A stretch of 52,160 nucleotides of DNA. Origin: a virus. Taxonomy: Duplodnaviria > Caudoviricetes. Made by a program: the position numbers and the translations under genes. Each line of letters opens with the position of its first letter. Position 1 is the stretch's first letter. The notes under the pieces were generated by a model. It did no database searches and was not told the DNA's origin. It saw nothing but the letters and a program-made list of their open reading frames with translations. The stretch lies in the IMG/VR virus record IMGVR_UViG_3300020204_000093, positions 1 to 52,160 of that record. One strand, given 5' to 3'. Of the stretch, positions 9,827 to 18,601 are shown piece by piece.

Positions 9827-10127
9827 TCAGCCACTCCCTTGCTTTTTGTCTGCGTTGTGCTCGCTCTTCTCTGTCTTTGTTTATTTCATTTTTACTATCC
9901 AACAATGCCTGAGCCTTGTAGGCAAAAATATTCCACGATGGACTAGTAGAAATTTCAAAATAAAAATCTAGCAACTCATAACATACCGAGATTCCATACG
10001 ACTCAACTAGTGCATCTGCAGCCCACTGCTCTACATTAAGATTGAGAGATGGCTTCTGCTCATATCGTTGAGTGTGCAATTTACTATAACGACTAAGCAA
10101 AGCCATGCGGTCTTTGCGTTCTGCCAT
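9819..10127 (-). CDS. Hypothetical protein (replication module)
   Basis: Overlapping operon ORF upstream of dnaB. Confidence 0.6.
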   Translation of the reverse strand: MAERKDRMALLSRYSKLHTQRYEQKPSLNLNVEQWAADALVESYGISVCYELLDFYFEISTSPSWNIFAYKAQALLDSKNEINKDREERAQRRQKAREWLSE

Positions 10128-10336
10128 TATTTTGCTTCGGCTTCGGTCTGTGCTTCTAAAATCTTTGCTGTAAGTTTATCTTCAACAAACTTGTAAACAC
10201 GCTCAAATGCTTGATCTGTATTTTCTCCGTCTCGCTTTGAGTCTGTTACCCCAAGGTCTAGCCTTAGTGATTGAAAATTTCCTAGATTTAATGTGTATCC
10301 AAGCGTTACAGATACCTTTGTTGCTTCATTTCCCAT
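10127..10336 (-). CDS. Hypothetical small protein
   Basis: 'VSVTLGYTLNLGNFQSLRLD' beta-hairpin plus helix; coupled to the next gene. Confidence 0.65.
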   Translation of the reverse strand: MGNEATKVSVTLGYTLNLGNFQSLRLDLGVTDSKRDGENTDQAFERVYKFVEDKLTAKILEAQTEAEAK

Positions 10337-10350
10337 TCTTATACCCTTCG

Positions 10351-10893
10351 CTAAATAGACTCACCCCATACAGGAATAAATCGCCCATCTTCTGTTTTCG
10401 TATATGTAAGTATACCATCGCCCATTCTTCTTGTCAACTCTTGCTTACTGGGCGTAATATCATTTGTTATTAGTCCATCTTTTCTTGGTCTGCCAATATG
10501 GTATGTAGCCAGTATATCACGAATCTCTTTTACTTGCGATTCTGAATAATATGATCTAACTCTGAAACCTCTCTCTCCACCCTTTTGAGAACCTTTTGGA
10601 AATGGAATAATTCCTCTTCTCATAAGAGATGGCATATATTTTTTATGACGATTAACTAAATTAGCAGTCTCTCCAACCGTGTATGCTCGCTCTTTATTTT
10701 TTTTAAAATCATTAATTAAACAACTTTCGATCCTGTCTTTATTAATATTATAAACAGACATTATTCCATTAGATTTATTTAAATGATGAATTCTTACAAG
10801 GTCACCATTTAAAAAACAAACCTTTTTGTTCCCTGATATTACAGGGAGGACATTGTAACCTTCGCTCTGAATTGTTCCCTTTTTAACAGCCAC
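10351..10893 (-). CDS. MerR-type HTH DNA-binding protein
   Basis: 'YTVGETANLVNRH...RRGIIPFP...RSYYSESQV' resembles MerR/excisionase winged HTH. Confidence 0.65.
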   Translation of the reverse strand: MAVKKGTIQSEGYNVLPVISGNKKVCFLNGDLVRIHHLNKSNGIMSVYNINKDRIESCLINDFKKNKERAYTVGETANLVNRHKKYMPSLMRRGIIPFPKGSQKGGERGFRVRSYYSESQVKEIRDILATYHIGRPRKDGLITNDITPSKQELTRRMGDGILTYTKTEDGRFIPVWGESI

Positions 10894-11030
10894 ATGCCCT
10901 CCTGTGAATTACTAGGCGGATGAAAAAATGTTCTCGACCCGCAAGACATACAATATATTTCAAGATTGTTTATTTGTGAAAATGATCTATCAATAAACAT
11001 TCTTCCTTTGCATCTTTTACAAAAAATCAT
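10839..11030 (-). CDS. Zinc-ribbon protein
   Basis: CKRCKG...CMSCG. Confidence 0.6.
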   Translation of the reverse strand: MIFCKRCKGRMFIDRSFSQINNLEIYCMSCGSRTFFHPPSNSQEGMWLLKREQFRAKVTMSSL

Positions 11031-11473
11031 TAGTTGGGGATTCCTACTATCAATAAATTAATCCCGACAGTAGTATCTCCACCAACATTAAATTTTACAG
11101 TACCCTCAATTTTTGAATTTGAAATGCTTAATAGCGTAACCGTAACATCCTTTCCAGCATCAGTATTTCCAATGTTAATTGGCGTTGCCGTAACAATTGG
11201 AGGAAACTTAAACTCGCTAGGAAGGCTATAAGAAAAAGGCTGGATAGATCCTGCAGTCTGTGATGAACCAGAAGTAACTTGAACAAATCCACCAATAATT
11301 CTTGCTTCAGAAGTTTTTACACTTTGCTTTCCTGAGTTCTTTGTATCTACTGTGACATACTTGTATGTTGATGTTGATGCCTGGGTAGAAAGATCATTAA
11401 GAGCCTTAACTATCTGATAGATATATGTTACGTCTAAAGGCTGCCCTCTTTCGGGTACAGGTAAAATTGCCAT
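11030..11473 (-). CDS. Putative minor tail protein / tail-associated beta protein
   Basis: End of tail module; beta-rich 'FKFPPIVTATP' (H-type-lectin-like fibre tip pattern). Confidence 0.45.
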   Translation of the reverse strand: MAILPVPERGQPLDVTYIYQIVKALNDLSTQASTSTYKYVTVDTKNSGKQSVKTSEARIIGGFVQVTSGSSQTAGSIQPFSYSLPSEFKFPPIVTATPINIGNTDAGKDVTVTLLSISNSKIEGTVKFNVGGDTTVGINLLIVGIPN

Positions 11474-11479
11474 AATATA

Positions 11480-11488
11480 ATTATACCA
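11480..11488 (-). promoter_or_regulatory. Extended -10 promoter (TGGTATAAT), leaderless
   Basis: TATAAT ends 6 nt before the ATG at 11473; no RBS between. Confidence 0.65.
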
Positions 11489-11918
11489 GACTGACTATTC
11501 CAGAGTCATAGATTTTTAAGTCAGGATTTATTGCTGGATTAGTTGATGATGCTTGAACTACTACACGGACAGAAGATGTTCCTGTTTTTAAAAATGAATA
11601 GTTTGAAGACCCAGTTGATGCCACAAAGGTTGGTGCTGCAGAATCAAATCCTACAAAAACATCATATATTATTTGTGCTGAAATTTCTCCAGCAGACCAG
11701 TTAACCATAACTGTGTTACCAAGGATATTTATATCCCCTGCACCCAACAGCACTTCTCCAGATTCAGCAACGAATATTTGAGAGTATGCGGACTTTCTAT
11801 TTTTGTCTTCTGATATTATTCTAAACCTTAAAACTACAGAGTTTTTTTCTGTTACTTTTCCAAGTGAATCTCTTTTAATTACAACATTTTTTATTCCCTT
11901 GTCTGGAGTTTTATTCAT
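11481..11918 (-). CDS. Putative minor tail protein (Ig-like beta sandwich)
   Basis: Tail module position; 'VNW...YDVFV...VRVVVQA' FN3-like pattern. Confidence 0.45.
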   Translation of the reverse strand: MNKTPDKGIKNVVIKRDSLGKVTEKNSVVLRFRIISEDKNRKSAYSQIFVAESGEVLLGAGDINILGNTVMVNWSAGEISAQIIYDVFVGFDSAAPTFVASTGSSNYSFLKTGTSSVRVVVQASSTNPAINPDLKIYDSGIVSLV

Positions 11919-11920
11919 GG

Positions 11921-13084
11921 CTAAACATCCAAAACAAATCTGAACTCTATGTAATTTGCTGTATTGGCTGACTTAATTATTGGTCGTGAATTTACATTTT
12001 TAATTATAGAATATCCTGTCAAACCATATAACGAATTAGTAGATGTTGTGTTTTCAATTCTTAAGGCATCTAAACAAACATAAAATAAATCTGACGGTGA
12101 TCCTGCCTTAGTTACACATGCATAAATTTTTGCAACAGAAACGCTTGCCCAATCAAATCTTAAACTTTTATCTAGTTCTTGAAATTTTTTTGCTACTACA
12201 ACATATCTATTATTTTGAAAGTTGTGTTTATATTCAGAAATTCCTTGATCATAATTAATATTATCAATATCTACTACAAATTTTGCATACTGAATACTTG
12301 CGTTTGGTCCAGGATGAGAAAACTCCAAAAGTATTTTTACATTGTCTGGTACTGTATTTGAATTGGCAACTTTATTTACAATAGAAAACGCCAACCTTAA
12401 TTCATCAAGTGGGCCGTTTTTAGTAAAGTCTGTTGAGGTTTTATCTAAGATTATATAATCTGATAGTGTTAATGGTACCATGCCCCCTTGAGTATTATAT
12501 GAAAGGGAGGAAGAGTCTCCTCTCATTACAACTATATTATTTAAAAACCTACATCTTTCATTTCTTCCAACTCTATCTTGTTGTGTAAAAATTCTATTGT
12601 CAGCGTTTGTAGAAAAAACCTTTTGTGTCTTAGCAATTGTTCCATTATTGTTTTGTCCATCAAGTGGGGTATAGTCTACAGGTATTTCTACTGGAGACTC
12701 CCCATCAATGCTATAGCGCCAATTGTCTGTATCGGCAAAAGAGTATACGACTCTACTATCAAATGACCCAGCAACGGGGTTCGATCCTGCAGAAAATATT
12801 CCAACCTCAGTAATTTCATATCTTTCTTCTGTTGGCAATTCTGCTGTTAAGACTACTTTAGATAATCCATTTTCATTTACAAATCCCCTGGAAATAATTG
12901 GAGATCTAAACATTTCAAAATCTAAAGACTCTTTATCTTTTAATGCTGTTAACTCTGCAGGGGAAAATACATGGTCAGAAACAACTGGCTTGGCTCCACA
13001 TCCTATGGCAATATGAGAAGCATAGGACGGTGTCTGCCCCACAAGATACTTTGCTAAAAGATTTTTACCTATATTGGTTATCAT
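11921..13084 (-). CDS. Putative minor tail/baseplate protein
   Basis: 'MITNIGKNLLAKYL...HIAIGCG...ITEVGIFS' resembles tail-fibre anchor N-terminal domains. Confidence 0.55.
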   Translation of the reverse strand: MITNIGKNLLAKYLVGQTPSYASHIAIGCGAKPVVSDHVFSPAELTALKDKESLDFEMFRSPIISRGFVNENGLSKVVLTAELPTEERYEITEVGIFSAGSNPVAGSFDSRVVYSFADTDNWRYSIDGESPVEIPVDYTPLDGQNNNGTIAKTQKVFSTNADNRIFTQQDRVGRNERCRFLNNIVVMRGDSSSLSYNTQGGMVPLTLSDYIILDKTSTDFTKNGPLDELRLAFSIVNKVANSNTVPDNVKILLEFSHPGPNASIQYAKFVVDIDNINYDQGISEYKHNFQNNRYVVVAKKFQELDKSLRFDWASVSVAKIYACVTKAGSPSDLFYVCLDALRIENTTSTNSLYGLTGYSIIKNVNSRPIIKSANTANYIEFRFVLDV

Positions 13085-13668
13085 TGGCTACTCCCGTAGT
13101 ATATTGTATCATCAAAAATGTTTCCAGCAGTCAATATTTCTACCTCAACCTGCTCATTTTCTTTCATGTTTATTAGATTAATTACAAGGTCTCCAGTAAT
13201 CGGATCTATATATATAGATTTACAGTTTGGAGTTTTTGTCCATTTCTTTTTGTCAGTTTCGCTTGGGTTACCTGTTGGGGGTGAAATATCATACCCTGTG
13301 CCACATATAGGCAATCTATCTAAAATAGATAGTGACAAAGATTTAAAAAAGGAGTCAGATGATTGAAGCCTTAAGATATTGTTTGGGTTATACTGCAAGT
13401 AAAGATCTGTTAAATTTTTTATTGGAGCATAAACAACTTTCTGACCATTTACTAAGTCATGTCTCGATATTGTTGCCAGTTCGTATCCGCCTATATCCTC
13501 AAAGATTAGGTCTGTCATTATTTCAATTGACATTATTTCATTATTTGATAATATCAGGTCTGGCGTTGCAATTTTTACAGAGTCGTCTTTTTTATTTTGA
13601 GAAGGCTTTGGAATTGCTGCAACAGCATCAAGATATTTTGGATCTACTGACTGTATTGGACTAGACAC
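13081..13668 (-). CDS. Putative minor tail protein
   Basis: Coupled ORF in tail module. Confidence 0.5.
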   Translation of the reverse strand: MSSPIQSVDPKYLDAVAAIPKPSQNKKDDSVKIATPDLILSNNEIMSIEIMTDLIFEDIGGYELATISRHDLVNGQKVVYAPIKNLTDLYLQYNPNNILRLQSSDSFFKSLSLSILDRLPICGTGYDISPPTGNPSETDKKKWTKTPNCKSIYIDPITGDLVINLINMKENEQVEVEILTAGNIFDDTIYYGSSQ

Positions 13669-16600
13669 TAAACCACCTCACTTAAAAACAATGTCATTGA
13701 TGGCCCATCTGAACTTCTTGAAAATTCAATATTATAAACTACAAACCTGTTATCTGGATTTGATGCCATGCTTATATTGTTTTCTTTATAGTCTACACTA
13801 ACAATATCACCAAGTTGAATTGTTGGAATTGCAAATATTTGAACTCCAATAGACCTTCTGGGCTTTGTAATCTTTTCAACCAACCATTTCATAAGACTTG
13901 AAGCCTCGTCTTGTGATTGTACATACAGGGTGTCTATTGCAAAATCTTTTTTGCCATATGTCATTCTGCTAAGTTTAATGTCTTGATAATCTTGTTTAAA
14001 TTTGTAGGGGTTTGATATCAGTTTGTCTGCAATAAATTTAGGATTTGAAACAAGGCTATTTTTATTAAAATATTCATCAACAGTAAGGTTATTATTAGAT
14101 TCCTGAGTAAAAGCAATTCCTTGAATTCTTAAATAATTTCCACTGGTTTCATCTAGTGACAGCGGGGCATCGGTTGTATTAAAAATTAAAAACTCTGCTC
14201 CATAAGATCCTGCTCTAAAACCAGATACTGCATAACCTTTCATTTTATTAAATGTTGGAGATATTTTTGCACTAAGTGCTGGGTATGCTTTGTCATACTT
14301 AAAATTAAATACTGCAGCCTCTCTCATTATACTTCCAAATTCTTCAAAGTAAATATTATACTTTGGTGGCTCTGAAGATCCAATTCCAGTCAGGTAAGTG
14401 TTTTGTATTAGACCGCTAATAGAGTATTTCCTAAATGATTCATTTGCATCTATTTCAGAATCCCCAAAAACAGAGTTTACTGGAGCCCCCAAACTAAATG
14501 ATGTATTTTGAGAATAGTTATTGCAAAGAGCATATACATTTTCAAACATGGCCCTAGAAGAGCCTCTTGTAAATAATGCGATATCTGAATATGCTGGCAA
14601 CGGATCTACATCGTCTACAGTTTTTATCATTGTTCCATTTAGGAATAAATAGAATCGTCTTGTTGTTCCTATGTCTTCATATTCTACTGCTAAATCATAT
14701 ACCGTCGGATTTTCCTCTGCAAAACTTCTTGACTGTCCAGTAAATTTTCCATCATCAACGGTGATTTGACCTATGCCATCCCATAATTTAATTGGAATAG
14801 CCTTTCCGTTTTCAGATTTTATCTTATAAAAAAATACATTGCTAACGCCCTGTTGTTGTGTTTCTGATAACTTGCCAAGCCCTAACGCTGCTATTTCAAA
14901 ATAATATCCAACATTTGTTGTGGGATTTAGCATTACAGATATACCTGCAGATCCTCCAGATATGTTAATATTTTTATCTGGAGTAGAACCCTGAACAACG
15001 AAATATGTTGACGATCCATTTGAGGTTTGACCTATATCTTGATTGTTTTCTATCTTTCCAATAATCCTTAATCTGGTTCCAAAATGTTTATATTTTTTAT
15101 TTTCTAAAGATTTATGAACATATGATATAAAATCTCTAGGCTTTTCTTTTGTTGTAAAGTTTGGTCCAGTTATTGACAGCGCAGAAGATTGAATTGATCC
15201 AGGTTGCTGTTGGGTTTGAGTAGTTATTTCACCAGTCAATGTTGTAGAAAGAAAGTTTTTGATAAGCCCAGTTCTTGAAGATGTTCTGCTTATTGCATCA
15301 GAGAATGTCCCAGTGTTTGTATTTTTGCCTGCCGATAATGTTGTTGTTGATGGTATTGGGGTTTTGTTATCAAATAAGTATTCAGACGACATGTAACATC
15401 CCTTAACATTGTCATCTGACTTCCAGTAATCAGAAATACCAGCAGAATGTGCAACAACAGTTGTTCCAAACTGACCACGACCATGCTTTGCAACTGGACC
15501 ATTTTGTAATTTTACTATTCCGCCCTGCTCAAAATAATTTGGCTCTGAATAAATTCTAACTAATCCAGTTGGGTATATTTTTCCATTAAATGGTAGTTTT
15601 GCAAAATAGTACTGGTATTCCTCAATAGAAGTTATCCAAACGTTTCCAAACCCAGTAACATTATGTTGAACGGCATCATATTTAATAATTTCTCCCTGTG
15701 AATAAAAATATCCGTTATATCTGGCAATCCAAAATACTGCCTCTCCTAAACTAAGTGTGTTATTGATAACTATGTTATTTTTAACAATTGGAACATCTGC
15801 AGATAAATCTGCGTTTAGCGGAATCGCTGTAAGTAAATAAGAAGACTGTGTTCCAATTTCATTATTTAAAGACTTTGTGTTTTCTGTTCCAGAAACTTCC
15901 CACAACAATACTGGCTTATAAACATAATACCTTTCTTCGTCTAAAAGGTTTGCCTGCCTTATTGACCCGATAGATCTTTGAATGTGCCTTGGTGTATAGT
16001 TAATTACTCCATCATTATAAACAGCGTTTGATTGTCCAGCAATAGATATTATGTTTGCAAGTTTTGTATTTGCCAATGTTTTATTTTCTATTCTTTCTTC
16101 TTGAAATAAATCATTTGTTCCTTTTAGTTGAAAAGTTGTTGGTCTTTGATTTTTATTTGGCATTATATAGTTTTTGCTCATCATTACAAAATTATTATAT
16201 TCATCAAAAAACATTGCCGTTTGTGTTGATACCGCTAAATCTTCTAGCACCTCTGCAACGCTTTTGTCTGGGCCAACAAAGAAATATGGGATTATAATTT
16301 CTTTTTCTTCTTGAACTCTTTTAAAGGTATAGTTAGAAAATCCTATATAGTCGAGCAACAAAGACACTGCAGAACTAACAGAAACTTCTGTCATTAATAT
16401 CTGTGGTGCTGTAATTGATTCTAAATGCCAATATAAATCTCTAAGAGATATAAAAATTGTTTTATTCATTATATCTGCTTTTGGAAATGAATCTGAGTAT
16501 AATGTTTTTATTGGAACCCAGTAGTCCCATCCGTTAACATCAACTATGACTTCATAAAACTTAAACTGTATATGCCTGTCTATATACTTGCTGACTATGC

Positions 16601-17960
16601 TTAAATTATTATTTTCATTAAAGGCTTGGTCATAATCAAATATGTTTATTGATCCATTTGAAGCAACAAGTTGACCTACTGGCAAACCACTAACTCCAAG
16701 ATCAGAAGCGCTTTTATTTATTGAATAGTCTAAAGTTTTATCTGATATGTTCATTACAAGTCTTGGAGATATTTCTATTAAATCAAATGTAGAATCTTTA
16801 ACATTCATAGTTTCTACAACAACCCTAATTCCAGTGATGTACTCAAACTCCCTGTAATATAATTTTCCATCCAGTGGTTTAATAAATGAATCTGGAGCAG
16901 TTGCATCTACAACAAAATTAGTCAGCCTATCAACAGTTTCGTCTTGAACATACCAACCATATTTTGGTGTTATTATTGTATAGTCTTCCCCATTCCAAAT
17001 ATAATATTTTCCAATATCGTTTTCATTTTCTTTAATTAAATATGCATATCCAATAACAGATATGTCTGGAAGCAATAGTTCTGTGCTATATGTTTCGGCA
17101 AAAACAAAATTTGGTCTCCACTCTTCTGGAACTATTAATCCGTAAGCAATTTCAACATACCCATCACTTTTAATAATTTTAGACCCGTCTCTTCTTGTTT
17201 TTGAAGGATCAAAAGATATAAGGTCTTGCCAATTGTTATCTTTTAAAACTTGAATTTTCCATTTGTTAGGAGTTTTTTGATTTAATTCTCCAAAGAATGG
17301 ATCAGCAAATGATCCCGTTGAAGATGAAAACGGTCCTAAGTTTTCTGTCCCCGTATGAGTTTGCATTTTAATAACAATTCTATTTGTAGGAATTTTTTGT
17401 TTATAAACAACAAATGGACAAGCATCTTCAATGTCATACTGAGATCCTCTTACCTTAGAAGCAACGCCATACTCTTGTCCACCCTCGGTTCTGTAAGATG
17501 TCCAGTACTTGAATATGTCATTTTTATCTGGCATATAGTATCTTGGTCTATCTGCCATAAACAAATTGGGGTGGTGAAGTTTTCCATTTTCAAAAAATAC
17601 TGCTTTATTAATTCCAGACCTAGGCCTAAACTGACTAAAACAATCTTCTAAAGAGTAAAGAGTTTGTAATTTTTCTTTTTTAGTTAAAAAAATTGTTGGA
17701 ACATCATTGTTGTCAAATGAACCATCTACTGTAATGTCAGCGTCTGTTGCACCTGTATAGAAATTCCCAGCATCATTTATATCAAAACTTGTAGGCAAAG
17801 AAGAATATACTGTTGATGTATCTGTTGGTCTGTATCTATAATTACCAATATGCTTTATGTTGGTTGGTATGTTCATGTTCCATTCTGCAGTAACAACTGA
17901 TTTGTTTCTAACAGTAGGAGATGTCTCCAAAAATGTCTGCAAGTCTTTATCTTCAAACAT
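13668..17960 (-). CDS. Large tail tip/hub protein (1430 aa)
   Basis: Second gene after TMP; 'SVAEVLEDLAVSTQTAMFFDEYNNFVM' and C-terminal 'PTIQLGDIVSV' are typical of hub/Tal-type proteins. Confidence 0.65.
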   Translation of the reverse strand: MFEDKDLQTFLETSPTVRNKSVVTAEWNMNIPTNIKHIGNYRYRPTDTSTVYSSLPTSFDINDAGNFYTGATDADITVDGSFDNNDVPTIFLTKKEKLQTLYSLEDCFSQFRPRSGINKAVFFENGKLHHPNLFMADRPRYYMPDKNDIFKYWTSYRTEGGQEYGVASKVRGSQYDIEDACPFVVYKQKIPTNRIVIKMQTHTGTENLGPFSSSTGSFADPFFGELNQKTPNKWKIQVLKDNNWQDLISFDPSKTRRDGSKIIKSDGYVEIAYGLIVPEEWRPNFVFAETYSTELLLPDISVIGYAYLIKENENDIGKYYIWNGEDYTIITPKYGWYVQDETVDRLTNFVVDATAPDSFIKPLDGKLYYREFEYITGIRVVVETMNVKDSTFDLIEISPRLVMNISDKTLDYSINKSASDLGVSGLPVGQLVASNGSINIFDYDQAFNENNNLSIVSKYIDRHIQFKFYEVIVDVNGWDYWVPIKTLYSDSFPKADIMNKTIFISLRDLYWHLESITAPQILMTEVSVSSAVSLLLDYIGFSNYTFKRVQEEKEIIIPYFFVGPDKSVAEVLEDLAVSTQTAMFFDEYNNFVMMSKNYIMPNKNQRPTTFQLKGTNDLFQEERIENKTLANTKLANIISIAGQSNAVYNDGVINYTPRHIQRSIGSIRQANLLDEERYYVYKPVLLWEVSGTENTKSLNNEIGTQSSYLLTAIPLNADLSADVPIVKNNIVINNTLSLGEAVFWIARYNGYFYSQGEIIKYDAVQHNVTGFGNVWITSIEEYQYYFAKLPFNGKIYPTGLVRIYSEPNYFEQGGIVKLQNGPVAKHGRGQFGTTVVAHSAGISDYWKSDDNVKGCYMSSEYLFDNKTPIPSTTTLSAGKNTNTGTFSDAISRTSSRTGLIKNFLSTTLTGEITTQTQQQPGSIQSSALSITGPNFTTKEKPRDFISYVHKSLENKKYKHFGTRLRIIGKIENNQDIGQTSNGSSTYFVVQGSTPDKNINISGGSAGISVMLNPTTNVGYYFEIAALGLGKLSETQQQGVSNVFFYKIKSENGKAIPIKLWDGIGQITVDDGKFTGQSRSFAEENPTVYDLAVEYEDIGTTRRFYLFLNGTMIKTVDDVDPLPAYSDIALFTRGSSRAMFENVYALCNNYSQNTSFSLGAPVNSVFGDSEIDANESFRKYSISGLIQNTYLTGIGSSEPPKYNIYFEEFGSIMREAAVFNFKYDKAYPALSAKISPTFNKMKGYAVSGFRAGSYGAEFLIFNTTDAPLSLDETSGNYLRIQGIAFTQESNNNLTVDEYFNKNSLVSNPKFIADKLISNPYKFKQDYQDIKLSRMTYGKKDFAIDTLYVQSQDEASSLMKWLVEKITKPRRSIGVQIFAIPTIQLGDIVSVDYKENNISMASNPDNRFVVYNIEFSRSSDGPSMTLFLSEVV

Positions 17961-18601
17961 TATACTTCTTCCAGTGTTACTGAAACATTCCAGTAGTCAA
18001 ATTTAGTTCCTCGTTTTTCAACTGAAAACGAAAAATCACTAATGAACATTTCAATTAATTGATTATATTGCTGAAGGTGATCATATGGCTCTAATGTTCC
18101 TTTAAATATTCCTTTTCTATCATATGTAAGAAATACCCAGAAAGAACCTTTATGTGAATCATACCATTCTTGCATGTCTGCTCCGCCTGCACCGCCGTCT
18201 GTAGTGTATGCTTTATGTGGAGACAACCCAGTAGCGGGATCAAAGTTTGGGAAATTTTCATGTGACCTAGACGGAATCATATCCCAACTAGTGCTTATCG
18301 TAGTCTTATCTGAAATGTGATATGATCTCATTCGACCATTAATCATTCGCTCCCGTTTTTCAATTCTCTCATTTTTAAAATCAATTGGCTGTCTATTATC
18401 ATCAGTTAAAAATAAAAACTGATCAAGCAAGGATTCATCCTCAACATTTTCTGGGTTGACTCCTATTTCGTATCCATATGGTATATATAAGCCGTCTTGA
18501 AGAGTGCCAGAGTTCTCGGACCAAAGCATACCGCTTGGCCTGTTGTATTTTTTACGACCCTGTGCATAAATTACCCTAGGGTCTAAATCATCTTCTGCCA
18601 C
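17960..18601 (-). CDS. Putative distal tail (Dit-like) protein
   Basis: Immediately downstream of TMP; ends 'WNVSVTLEEV'. Confidence 0.55.
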   Translation of the reverse strand: MAEDDLDPRVIYAQGRKKYNRPSGMLWSENSGTLQDGLYIPYGYEIGVNPENVEDESLLDQFLFLTDDNRQPIDFKNERIEKRERMINGRMRSYHISDKTTISTSWDMIPSRSHENFPNFDPATGLSPHKAYTTDGGAGGADMQEWYDSHKGSFWVFLTYDRKGIFKGTLEPYDHLQQYNQLIEMFISDFSFSVEKRGTKFDYWNVSVTLEEV